NCBI GenBank assembly: GCA_030141605.1
Contig: JAQGDQ010000002.1
Location: 682,001-746,000, forward strand
Source of the DNA: Tubiluchus corallicola
Taxonomy: Eukaryota; Animalia; Priapulida
Direction: 5' to 3'
Length of the DNA: 64,000 nt
The translations under genes were made by a program, and so were the position numbers. How positions within the stretch are numbered: position 1 is the stretch's first letter; each line of letters begins with the position of its first letter. The notes beneath the pieces were generated by a model that ran no database searches, was not told where the DNA came from, and saw only the letters and a list, made by a program, of their open reading frames with translations. Positions 28,862 to 40,800 of this stretch are shown in pieces.

Positions 28862-29470
28862 GTATATATGTATACATAATCAGTTAATTGTTTATTATTA
28901 ATCATGTCTAGTGAATCGCAGGTGTTATGCCAAATTGGTGAGTTCATGTTATTTTCATTACATGCAATTTGCTTAGTAATACGATTGCTACTGTTTACCA
29001 GTCTACATGTAAAATCATATACATAGCTCTTCTACATAGTACTTCAAAATATGCTATATTACTTTCTAAACATAGGCTTCTGGCGCTGTAAGTAAATGGC
29101 TTATTGAACTGTTTATGACGCGACAGTATCTTTCTTATCTTAAATCCGACCAAGCAGCTAATGCTTCTTAGACAATAATAACTCTATGCATATGCATATG
29201 CATATAGACGCATATGCATAATTTTTCTAACAATAATTATTTTAACTTCATAACAAAGAGATTATCGTTATTGCATTACACCTATTTAGAAATATGAAAT
29301 CGGTTTAACAACAGCCTACCGCAGACCAGACCATTTGAAGTTACCGCGCTTGGGCGAATATCACTTGGCAATTATCGAAATATAATTAGGTTACAGCTAA
29401 AATTGTGGAAGTGAGAGAGAGAATGAAATAATTTCGTTATTTTCTTAACTAGTTTATTGACTATTATATT

Positions 29471-29620
29471 TGGGGTCGGGAAACCTGATCCCGAACCCAT
29501 GATCGCGACCCGAACCCCGATCCGACGATTTCATCCCTAACCCTGAAAAATCCCGACATCGAATTCAGTTAGCGTCCCGAACCCCAAACCACAGTACCGT
29601 CCCGAACCTTGAACACCCCT
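29471..29620. mobile_element. hAT-type MITE remnant
   Basis: Multiple CCCGAACC subterminal motifs, ending in AACACCCCTA (TAGGGGTGTT on the minus strand). Confidence 0.45.
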
Positions 29621-32600
29621 AATAATAAAGTGAAATTTTAACAGCACGTGTAAGTAGTACAAAGAGAGATTTCGAAATTTCCATACAAAAACGCGCAGCC
29701 ACAAAAAACATGTGAGCAGATGATTTTAACTAACTTCGGCCATTACTGCCCTACATGATGTCGTTTTATTGTTCGTTGTAAACCAACCAGCAGCATGCTG
29801 GTAGGATTTCTGATATCATTTTAATTCAATTTTATAGTAGACAGTGAATCGGGGACATCCTTTTTGTTTGTTTGCTTGTATGTTTGTTTGTTTGCTAGTG
29901 TGTTTGGTTGTTTGCTTGTCCACCTGTCTATCCTCCCTACTTGCCAGTCTTCTTTTTGTGTGTCTGTCTAAGTAAGTGAGTAATCCTTTATTTCAGATAT
30001 AAAATACATAATTAAAAATTACACATATATGTAATAAATTAATTAACTTATTAATTAATAATAATTAGTGTAAGCTTAAAATTAATGTAATTTTTGCGTA
30101 TAAAAAAGGATAGCGTTAGTTTAAGAAATAAATTTTCAACCAACCTGTCTGTCTGCAGTCTGTCCGTCCGCCCGCCCGCCCGCCCGTCCGTCCGTCCGTC
30201 CGTCTGTCCGTCTGTCTATACCTCCGTCTGTCTGTCACTTTGCCTTCTGTTTGTTGTTTCTGTCGCGTTTGTTTCTTCGTCTGCCGGTAGACGTGGCAAA
30301 AATTAGATCATAGATAGTAAATTAGATGTAGTAACTTATGTATATATATAATTTTATTAATGTTATCGGGAGCACTAACACCACTAAGCAATTAGGCCTA
30401 AGCCTAGTTTTACGCCTTTAATACAGTAGCTAAAATAGCTGCCCTGCATATCACTGTCTAACAAGGAACTTCACTTGACTTGTGATTTTAGTACGAAACA
30501 AGTGTAAGCCCCCCCCCCCCCCCCCTATTGATCTGCGAGGCGGTAGTTTCCCATGGCAGTGTGAAATACAAATGAGTTTTATTTTTTCATTGTGATATAT
30601 GGGAAATCACTGGCTCGCAGTTCAGAAAGGAAGCTTGCACTTGTTAATTATAGCATTATAATTCTGTTATTTTATTTATTTCACATAAAATGCAGCTTAT
30701 ATTCAGCGTATACTATAAAACGAATCATACAAAACATGTATACACTACAGTATAAGAGAAGGAATAACAAAATAATTACAGGTCTGAATGTATTGCTTCG
30801 CATAATTGTAAAAAGCTGGATGAACAGACCTTTTACATTGAAATTAAAACTTGAAGCACAACTATGCTTTAGTCTCTGCTCAACATCACTGTCATACATA
30901 AAATATGAAAATTTTAATGCATCCTCCTTTTTATTACTGTTTCGCATCTTTCTTTTAAAAAGTTAAGCTTAACTGTTTGTTACGATACTACGACGATGAA
31001 ACAGTTCAAGCTACAGTAAGAAGCCAGGCATGCGCAACGACCGTCGATCATTTTGGTAGGTAAGCCAGCTCGTTACATCTATAGTGGAGTATTATTTGAC
31101 ATATATGATTCTTCGGCGTAGGGGAAGCGCATTCGCTTTTCGTGCGAGCAGTTGTGGTTTATCGCTGGGCGAAGCATTAGTCTTTTTTAATGCTTCTAAC
31201 TGCTACAGTTCTTTAGTGTAGGGGATACACCGCTGGTTTAGTTACTGATACGGGCATGCGCAGTTAACAAATCGCTTCTGTGCGTGTGAATCCGGGTGAA
31301 TAAATCGGATCTGTGCTAGCATTGATGCGCAGGCTGAGTTCGATTCCCTTACTAGTGTTTTTTCAGACTGCAAAAATAGCAAGAACTGCTTGGAAAAAGC
31401 TCAACGTGTGAATTGGGTTTTTTTAAACTTGCGCCACGCTACACGATGTTTGTAAAATTGTAGTTAAATTAATAAGTTGCAGGCTACAATTTATTTAGTG
31501 ATGCACAGGCTGATAACATTGATAACAATGACAATCGCATTGCCATTATAACGCATTCTTATAAAGGATTATATTCCAAGTCCTGGATTCTCCTTTGCGG
31601 ACTAAATCTTTTTCGTATTAACACAAAACCTTCAGCCTGCCTTTATTCAATGTCGGCTGATTTGTAAGATAAAAATAGACCAAGTTTTTCATTCAGAAAC
31701 GATTACAGAATGGCGATGTGACCGAAACTTCACAAAATCTTGAAGATTTGAAGCTATTTCTTAATCTACCTAAGCTTTAGTGGTATTGATAACGACGTGA
31801 TAGTCGTGCTCCTACGCAAGCTTTTTATTAACTTTGCTGCCGTAGTTTTACTGCAGGCTTGTTAGATACTGCTTGCAAAAGAAAAAAATGTTTTAAGTTT
31901 CGTAAAATATAGACTTTTTAGTAAATGTACATTGCTTAACATTGCTCAACAAATTTGCGATTTACTCAGCGCGTAAAAATCCCTTACCGTTTAATCTGTT
32001 TCGTATAAATCACATTATATATATTAATGGACACAAGATCCTTCTACGTCAGTGCATGAATATATTAGCGACTGTGATGTTTAAACTCAAACTACAAAAG
32101 TTGACTATGTAACGAAATGTACAGATGCATTTAAAGAACGTTATTAGAGAGGGCGTGCTAAATAATTGCAGTTGCATTTGGGAAGGTCGGCGATAATTTT
32201 CTCATACTATATTGATGAACAGGAAATTCCAGAAATAAGAAATAGAGAAACTAATTTCTTGCAGCTGCAATGATGCTAGTAATCGTAGTTCAGGTATACT
32301 GAACTGAACTTTATAGTTAATACTTCCGATTCTCGGTGTTAAAGGATTCGATCTGTGTAGCGTCCTTTACGTCCTTTTCAGCTGTTAAAGATTTTAGAAA
32401 TAATAAGAAAAGTCACAGTGTTTGTCATCAACTTCAGAAAATTGCACTTAGCTGAAGCAGTTCAGGTTGAGATTCATAAATCTATACAGCTTGTTGACAT
32501 AAGTTATGAGGGCTAAATTAGACATAGTTACGAGTCTTCGTAAGCGCGGACATCACCATGCTGTATGCGAAAACTCTTTTTTGAGGAACTTGACCCAAAT

Positions 32601-34866
32601 TGCTTCTCATCTGGATGTTGTTCTTGTTTCCCATTGTTGTTCTTGTTTGGGGGGATGACCTCTTGAAGAAAGCCCGTGGCTCCTTCAATTCACAATGGAT
32701 CACCATAAACATTTACAGGCATATACTAGAACGAATTTCCCGTTGACTGACGCAGCTGTACTTTTCGATTCGCCGTTTCGAATTTCAGACAGCGGCTACA
32801 AAATCATTATTGAAAAAAGACTACGATGACGTGAATCAATAACGGATCGTAATAAAGCTTTATAATAGAATATACTAAAACGAATTCTATATCGACTGAT
32901 ATAGTCGGATTCTCGATACGCCATTTTTTTTAATTTAAGATGGCGGTGATGCTACATTTTCAAAATAAAAACCCTAAGACTAAAGATCATCAAGAAACGT
33001 TATGGAAATGCACTGGAAGGACTTCTACGACGTCTGAGAGAGTCGAATTTTTTATCTGCCATCTCGAATTCAAGACAGCATCATTGACGTCATTTTCTAA
33101 AAAAAACTAAAAACTTTTTGATCCAGAGTATCAAGTTCGGTGATTCCCTCGACCAATGGTTCAATACACTTTGTTAATGTAACTTGTTTATACAGTTCGG
33201 CTAACTGCAAATTGGTATCCAGCTGAACAGTTGGGCCTGTTTCTGTTCGGGCCGACCGAAATCTATCTCCTAATCAAGTCGTATATATAGCTGAGATACT
33301 AAACTCATAGAGCTAACCACTTTTGCTTAGTATCAGTCACTAAGCTCGTACTGTGACCGTTCAGCTGGTCAGTTATCTTCGCACACTTTTCTCCAGTTTC
33401 CATTCTTTTACTCACTCGCTCGTTCCCAATACGATCAGTGCACAAACAATTTTCAAAGACTTGATTGCAACAGTCTAAGCGTTTTCACTTCAGTTTGTGA
33501 ACAGACCATAACCGAAAATCCTTGTGGACAGCTTCAGATAGGCCTTCTTTTGTCTTTTGTGCATTGCAATTAAAATATGATGCTAGGGCATAACATTCGT
33601 ATGTTTCAAAAAGAAGAGCATTCGTTAAATTAATAATGTTCCTTTGAGAAAACCTTCATCAGACAGAAAATTTGCAGATCCAACACGCCACGAGTAGCAA
33701 TGGTCAAAAACGGCATAATTACGCACAAAGACATCTGCAGTACAAAAAAGTCAATAAAAATCAACGGATAAAAGACTAGGTGTTGATATATAAGTTGGGA
33801 TTGTTGATCTGTTGAGAGATAAAAAGAATTTGTCGAGCATAATTCCTGGTGGAGTTTAGAAGCACAAAACTTAAACGTTTCAATCTTAAATGAAACACAC
33901 AGTATAATTAGGGTAAAAGCTATAACGACCAGTCTCGATAGTTTCTCAGTAACAGGCTCATTTTCACTTTCGAAAAACCAGGCGCCAGATAAATGCATGT
34001 AAAGACGTTAAAGACGTAGGATTTACAGTTGAGGTGAATGAAGATTTTTTGTACGTTTACGAACAGTTCTAATCCACGGATATTGAAATTTCATTGTAGA
34101 CATTGTAGCTGATAAACTTTGTCAAGCCTGTTGTTGTACGATAACATTTTTTGATGAGTTACTTGTCGAAGTTTTCGCTGAGAATTTTTCTCCAAGAACT
34201 ATCGCGCTTTTCATTGATTACCATGCACGGCACCGCAGAGTAGAATGATGGTGATTGAAAGTTATATTTTTCGCGAAGCACTCATCATAGCAGCTGACTT
34301 ATTAGACCTCTGATGAACGTTGTGATTAAGATCTAGATGACATGACGCATTCGGAACGTCCGCCATCAAAAGCTGATCCATTTTAGCTCCATGACATAGC
34401 GTTACTTTGGACTCTAGATTGCTTACGCCTACCCGGTGGGTTAACTTCTGGTTGAAATTACTGAATGCTATTATACATTAAGGCATTGAAACAGAAAAGT
34501 CGCTAGTCAGGAAATGTTTTAAGAGCCTTGTTATAAACGAGTGCTTTCATTTTTACGCATATATGCGCACATATTTCCATTTACTTTTCCGTATACCCAC
34601 TTATGCCGGCGTTTAATGGTCACTTGTGCATAAGATAACATGTTTAGTTCTGCCACAATAATCCTATATGTGACTATGTGAGTCAGCTTAGAAATTTCTT
34701 TATTATAAGAGAAACACATAATATTATATAATTTCAACTAAAAAAACACTGCACTGGGGCAATTATAGTTTATTAAACTCAGGACAACTGTTGTTTGTCT
34801 GTGTGTAGTAACACAAAAGTCCTTATTTGTTAGTGCTCTAGTAACAGTTGCCAATTTTTATTTTAG

Positions 34867-35079
34867 GTTATTAAAATGCTGGTCATCGTCTTGGTCACAT
34901 TCTGTTTATGCTGGCTACCACTGCACGTCTACACGTTCGTACTTGATTTTGTGCCACAAGTTTTAGATCGACTGAACAACAATGCGTATGCTGCCCTCTT
35001 CTGCACTGTCCACTGGATCGCAATGTCCAGTACCTTCACTAACCCAATCATTTACAGTTTCTTGAACCCAAGCTTTCAG
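34867..35079 (+). CDS. Neuropeptide GPCR exon encoding TM6-TM7
   Basis: ttttag|VIKMLVIVLVTFCLCWLPLH...HWIAMSSTFTNPIIYSFLNPSFQ|gtaggt contains the CWLP and NPxxY motifs. It joins the 16687 donor in phase 0 (AKRK-VIKML) across an ~18 kb intron. Confidence 0.92.
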
Positions 35080-36789
35080 GTAGGTAAAACGTTTAGTATA
35101 TTTTATTTATCAACTTACAAATCAAGCGCACGCAGAATTTTATCTTTCGGGAACATATAAGGTCCGGACACAATTGAAGCTTTTTAAAGTTGTAAATAAA
35201 TTATAAGAATTCTGTTATTGTCAGTTGTTGTGTGACAAGCACGCTGTCGACAAGACAAAATTAGTCCTTTTATGAGATTTGTTTTTATTATGTATAGAGG
35301 AGAAGTGTTCCCGCTGATCGCTTGCTGTCGAATTGCTGGGAAACGTTTCTAAACTTAATCTTAGAAAAACTAACTTACGAACAGGAGCTGTGGCACGAAC
35401 ATCTATTTCCTCAATGTTTTGCTTTTGTCAATTTTTCAATTTATTGAAATGCGACTAATATTATATTATGAAAAACAACTATAATTAATTAACTAATTAA
35501 CAAAGGAATTCAAAATAAAGCGGTAGGTAATCACAATAAGATTTATTATAATGTAATTATAGATATTTCGGGAAACCACTGTTCTCTTCATCAGGTTACA
35601 TAAAATTAGTCACATAGAATTTCAGATTGCCATTTAAACTCATTTTACTGTATTAAAATGACATTCTCGGATGTTATGTGATTATAGGAAAGGACAAGTC
35701 ATTTAGCACATTAGATTTATTTTACCGTTATCACTTAAACTAAGAAAAATATAACAAAGAAATTTGCAAAAAAAACTGCCTATAAACCATAAAGTTAACT
35801 TATAATACGTATAGGAATTTTCAGGCGCGGTGGCAGCTGCCATTCACTGAAAATTATGACATAACTAGTCGACTTCTTGGCTTTTCGTAAGCGGTGCTGG
35901 TTAAACTAGTTCAAACTTTTGCAACTCGTGCAAAAATATCACAAGATTAGCTTTCCATTTCATTTTTTTGTAAAAACTTACTATGCTTTTTGACGGAAAT
36001 TGATCTAATGCGTTGTTTTTTACGGTTGACGACTGATGTCATAGGTGGAAAAATAGGCGCTCAAAATGGGAGCGCCCAAGTGTGAAATGATCGCGACTTT
36101 TAAAGTGATCTTACTGATTACATGAGGCGCCTATCACACTTTTATTACTAAATCTTTCTAACATTTTTTGCGCACATTTAAATAAGCTTAACTTCCTAGA
36201 AGGCTTGGCCTTTCTTTTATTTTTATGTAAATAAGTTTAAATGACATTCTAGAATTCTAGGAACTTATGTAGTTAATTTTATGTACCCTGATGAAGAAAA
36301 CAGCGATTTTCTAAAATTCTGACAAACCAATTAACTACCTCTATTTTTGTTATGGATACGTAACACTACATATCAACTAACAAAGAGATTGCTACAAATT
36401 TCAACTCAATTCGATAAATATTTTTGCATTTGGAAGTGAGTAAAGTGTATGTATCACAAGATTTTTTCTACGATCCTAGTTGACGATCCAGAAATGCAGA
36501 AGGTTAGTTAACAAATGAAATGCCACAGAATTATTAAATATCATTTACTTCCTAATCCTAATTATTATGAAATTTAGCATGTTTTCTACTGGGAAAGTAT
36601 TGTGCCGTCTAGTTCACTATTTTGGTGTATTTTCCGTTTTGACTTCACCACCATTCTTCGTCGATCTCGAGAAAGCTTTGTTTAATATGAGTGAGTAAGA
36701 GTAGGACCTTCCTAGCCCGTATTTCGGTACTAGATGACTCCTGTTAGTTCAGTAATTTTTAAGGAACCTTCTCTCTGATGTGCAAGCAC

Positions 36790-36945
36790 GTCGGGGCCAG
36801 TGTTGTCAGAAATTTCTAAGCTGACATTTTGTGCAACTTTTTACAAACTCTATTGACTTACACAAAATCATGGCTTAGAAATCTTTGAGAATATGAGCTC
36901 TTGTCTTATAAAAACGTCTTATCCAGGATGCCATACGGTTTTTTC
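36790..36945 (-). mobile_element. Degenerate Ty3/gypsy integrase Zn-finger fragment
   Basis: The minus strand reads GHPG...IEFVKSCTKCQ (HHCC-like), interrupted by stops and frameshifts. Confidence 0.35.
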
Positions 36946-37118
36946 GGGGCAATAGCTTTCATTAAAAACTCTTTTGATTACTCCTGTTCACTATTTTCAA
37001 CTTCAATTTGCTGATTCGTCTGCAACATAAAAATTTTGTCCTTAGCATTTTATTTTATTACTAGAATTAACTGTTTGACTATTAAATTGCGTGCATTTAC
37101 ATTTACCATTCTTATATA

Positions 37119-37599
37119 TATCGAGTGGCGCAGAAAAAATATGCCGAAATTGAGACTATATTACATGTATTAGAAGCAAGTACCCTACACAGTTGATTTT
37201 CCACAGCATGACATTATCAACGTTGCCTCGCTGACGTATAAAACACACATGCGAGTAAAACAAAAAAGTATCATCCAGTTTACACCATAGTCTTCACCAC
37301 AGAAAATAAAGCACTGATTGTCAAGAAAAAAATTGGACTTAATCCTCTGGATTACGGTATCTCAAATTCAGACCGACTTGCGTATGACGCCCGTACAGGA
37401 GTGCTGAGACCAAATACCCTTCAGGAATCAGCTCCTGGAAGAAACCGCTTCCTCTAGTTTGCATTGGCAATGGTGGACATATGGATCACTCGGTTTTTAT
37501 ACACAATCGTCCGTAATGCCAGTGTGGTAATTTTCAAGCGACTCGTTGTTTTCTGTTATCATGATCAAAACTTCTGCACATTTCTTGCGCCACCTGATA
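37119..37599 (+). mobile_element. Tc1/mariner-type deleted element
   Basis: Imperfect TIRs flanked by TA (TCGAGTGGCGCAGAAAAAATATGC versus reverse complement TCAGGTGGCGCAAGAAATGTGC). An internal LNPLDY remnant of the SPDLNPLDY motif lies at ~37338. Confidence 0.55.
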
Positions 37600-37653
37600 T
37601 GTGCTATTCCGTCACTAGATCAATTATACCTAATTATTCTTGTTTTTTCTTAG

Positions 37654-37809
37654 GCGGATCTTCTTGATTTGTTCTGCAAGTGTCGATTTCCCTGCTGCGT
37701 TTGGCTACGCCGGAAGCACAGAGAACTGAATTCCATACGGATGTCGGTAAATCCTCGCCACCCCAAGATGCGTCTTCCGGAGGAGTTCTCACTGAAGCCA
37801 GACATTTGA
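37654..37809 (+). CDS. Neuropeptide GPCR last coding exon (helix 8 and C-tail)
   Basis: Strong acceptor ttcttgttttttcttag, phase 0. Encodes ADLLDLFCKCRFPCCVW...EEFSLKPDI*, i.e. helix 8 (F-Q-A-D-L) followed by a palmitoylation-type Cys cluster. Confidence 0.8.
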   Translation, partial: ADLLDLFCKCRFPCCVWLRRKHRELNSIRMSVNPRHPKMRLPEEFSLKPDI

Positions 37810-40800
37810 CTAGAGACCGACGTCGACCTGCTATCATCGCAAGTCGACGGTCGTTCTAGCTCTCAAAATACTGGACAAGGGAAAACGCTTTGAGATCCTA
37901 CAGCCATTGCGATGATGATGGTGAAGACTGGTAATTACACAACGACAATGGTAGGCGTTGAATGCAGCGAAGACGATAATGATGCTAGTGATGACAATTA
38001 TGACAATGATGAGCCTATAACTTGTTCTCAGGAAAAGGAAAGTCTAAGGAAATCGAGTAGTCTTATACGGCCTTCTTTTGTGTAAAAGTTGTTATCGCTT
38101 CTTTGCTCCAATGTAGGTGTACTATAAATTTGTAATGCATGTAGGTACACGATTGTTCAGACAATCTGTTACAGGTAGTATAATTATTATGTCTGTATCT
38201 TTGAACAGGTATCTATGTCGTATTTTTGAACAGTAATTGCTTACATACCTTTTTCGTTTAGCTGTAGTGCCTAATGAGAATGTGGTTGCAGAAACAAGCA
38301 ATTAATGCCAATTGTTTGCAAAATATGAATTTTAAGTTTTCATATTTTCCTTTGATTACGTTGGACCAAAATGCGCCATTGTGATTAACAGGATTGCTTT
38401 GTACGGGTTTGCTGGCTCCCGATTTTTTTCGAACATTAATTCTATCGAAGCAAGTTGTGATTGTTATTTCGAACTTGCCACCGTTAAACTTAAAGCAATT
38501 TTCGCGACACTTGGAAAACATTCTCTTCTAGATTTTGTATTTTGTCTCTTGAGTGTTGTATGTGAAAATCTACATACATATATATAAAATTTACTCACGT
38601 TTGACTGATGTTATTATTATCAGCAGTCTGTGAGGCCATGCTTAGTAAAAACATGCCTTATAATTGTTTTTCTCTCACGCCGCTAAGAATTAAATATTCA
38701 TGTAGCAAAATCGTAATAGAGAAGAACAAGCACATAAAGAAAAGCTAATAGCTAGACAAAGCGCCATTTTCTAAATATTAAACACGTCAATTCTGGAGAA
38801 AACCTTCAATTCGAAAGATATAAATTCCTGCTTTAGAATGCGAAATTTCTTCTCTCTTCCTCTTTATTGAATATAGAAACATAATAAGTGTTCATTTTGC
38901 AACATTAATCGTTGTGCCAGTAATTTCGTTGTTAGCACTCTCCACATGTACAAAGTGTAAAACTGCTTGAATTGTGTAGTGAAATTTGACGATGTTGTTT
39001 TATTACCCAGTATACTGTGTGATTTTACGATGCATATCATTTATTCTAATTATGCTAAGTAGATAGAAGTTTCCGAACTACGTCTGTAACGCCGTTAAGA
39101 AACTGTAATGCAATCCATAACAGCCCAAAGAGTTAAGCAGCACTCACATGAGAGCAATGAAGGATACGGTAACGTTAGCGACGTTCTTAGTTTGCGCTTT
39201 ACAAGATAAGTAATCGATTGTAATGGATTCTGATGAACTGTGGATTTATAGATTTCAACAAGGCCTTCATGCATATTACAACGGCTAAAATTGTCTTATA
39301 GTTATCATCTCCACCGTAACTATTTCATATTGTTCGAATTTGCGTTACAGTAGCATTGAATTTACATTTACAACATTTATCAGTGCGGTTTGTTTATGTT
39401 ATGCATTTACGTATTAGTTTCATAAAAAAGTTCCACAGCATTCATTTCACACTGAATGTATCCTTATAAGCCTTCACTTTTTGTTTCACATCAAAGAAAT
39501 TACAGCATTAATATCAGCTTCAATTAAATTTTATCATTATTGATTTGACTACGAAGCGCATCTTTAGATATGATGTGTTACTTGAGTAGTAACATACATC
39601 TGACTAAAGCCGTTATATTATTACACTAGAGGCACCAACTGCGTTTCAAAGCAAAATTATTTAGTAAGGACAGGGGCGGAGTGGAATTGTTTGAAGCCGT
39701 CAAAGGACGCATGAAACTGTTTGAACATGTATTGAAACCCAAGAAAATTGGTGGTCAAACAAACAAAAGGTGGGCATAACTGTGTATATTCATGTGATGT
39801 GTATGTAGCTGCGGCAGCAGACGAAGTTCAGGGCCGCAGAAATACGACGAGTCGTTCACATTCACACGGCGACAGTGCGCCGTGTATTAAATTAAATTGT
39901 GTATAAGATAGCAAAACCTATTCGCTGTCCAAAATCGCTGTGGAACGTGGATGCTAAATGCTCATCTATCTGTATTGAAACTCGTGGTAGATTAATCGGC
40001 TGGGCGTCTAGTTTGTGTATTTCTCGAACCAGTGTTACAATACAAGCAGTTCGAATCATCCCGCAAGCTAGACGTCCGGTATCCGCAGTGCTTTGCTGTC
40101 GCCGTTTTGACCAGTGACTTAACAATGCATAGTCGCCAGGTAGTATAAACAGCTTAAGTATACCATATTGCTAGAAGGCATAGTGCAATGGAGCGGTACA
40201 TGTAAGCCCATAAATCGCGTGAATGTGAACAAATCCTTAGGTTAATGTAGTAAGCGTCTTGTTGTGTGCTCATATGATTGGGTGATTATGCTGAGAACTC
40301 GTCACGTGTGTAAATCAAGTTGTCAAATAAAGAGAACGTGATCCATAATCAATGAAGCCAGAATGATGGTCGTTAATCTAAGTTAGTGACATCCCCCGCC
40401 GCCAGGGAGTCCCACAGGATCTCATTATCAGCAACCTGAATGTTTGTCAGCCGCATTTACATTATCGACAAAAATACACACGCCTCTAATTACCTATGTC
40501 TTCCAGTTTCTATGAACTAAAACCATGGGCTATTTTTAACTTTCTCCTTCTTTATAAAGACATAGTACTTATATGTAAAAAAGCTACCTACACAACTATT
40601 TTTTCTAGATAATTACTAATAACTTCCAACCCGCGATTTATCAGAAATATTTTTATTTTGTTCTGGTAGAAACAATACTATATTTAGTGTACGATGATCA
40701 GTACCATATTTTAATAAACATGCTATATTCTAAAATAAGGCGATGTAAGTTCTGGTGCTGTAAGTGTAAAAATTCTACTTCTAAATGACGTAGGCCTAAT

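Noticed and set aside
31105-31180. tRNA-like fold with a TTCGC/GCGAG stem
   Set aside because: No intact T-loop or B box. Probably a degenerate repeat-derived fragment.
38275-38330. ATGA...AAA...TGAA pattern in the GPCR 3'UTR as a SECIS for the two in-frame TGAs
   Set aside because: Pairing next to the quartet is poor and a competing hairpin exists. Ordinary readthrough explains the context better.
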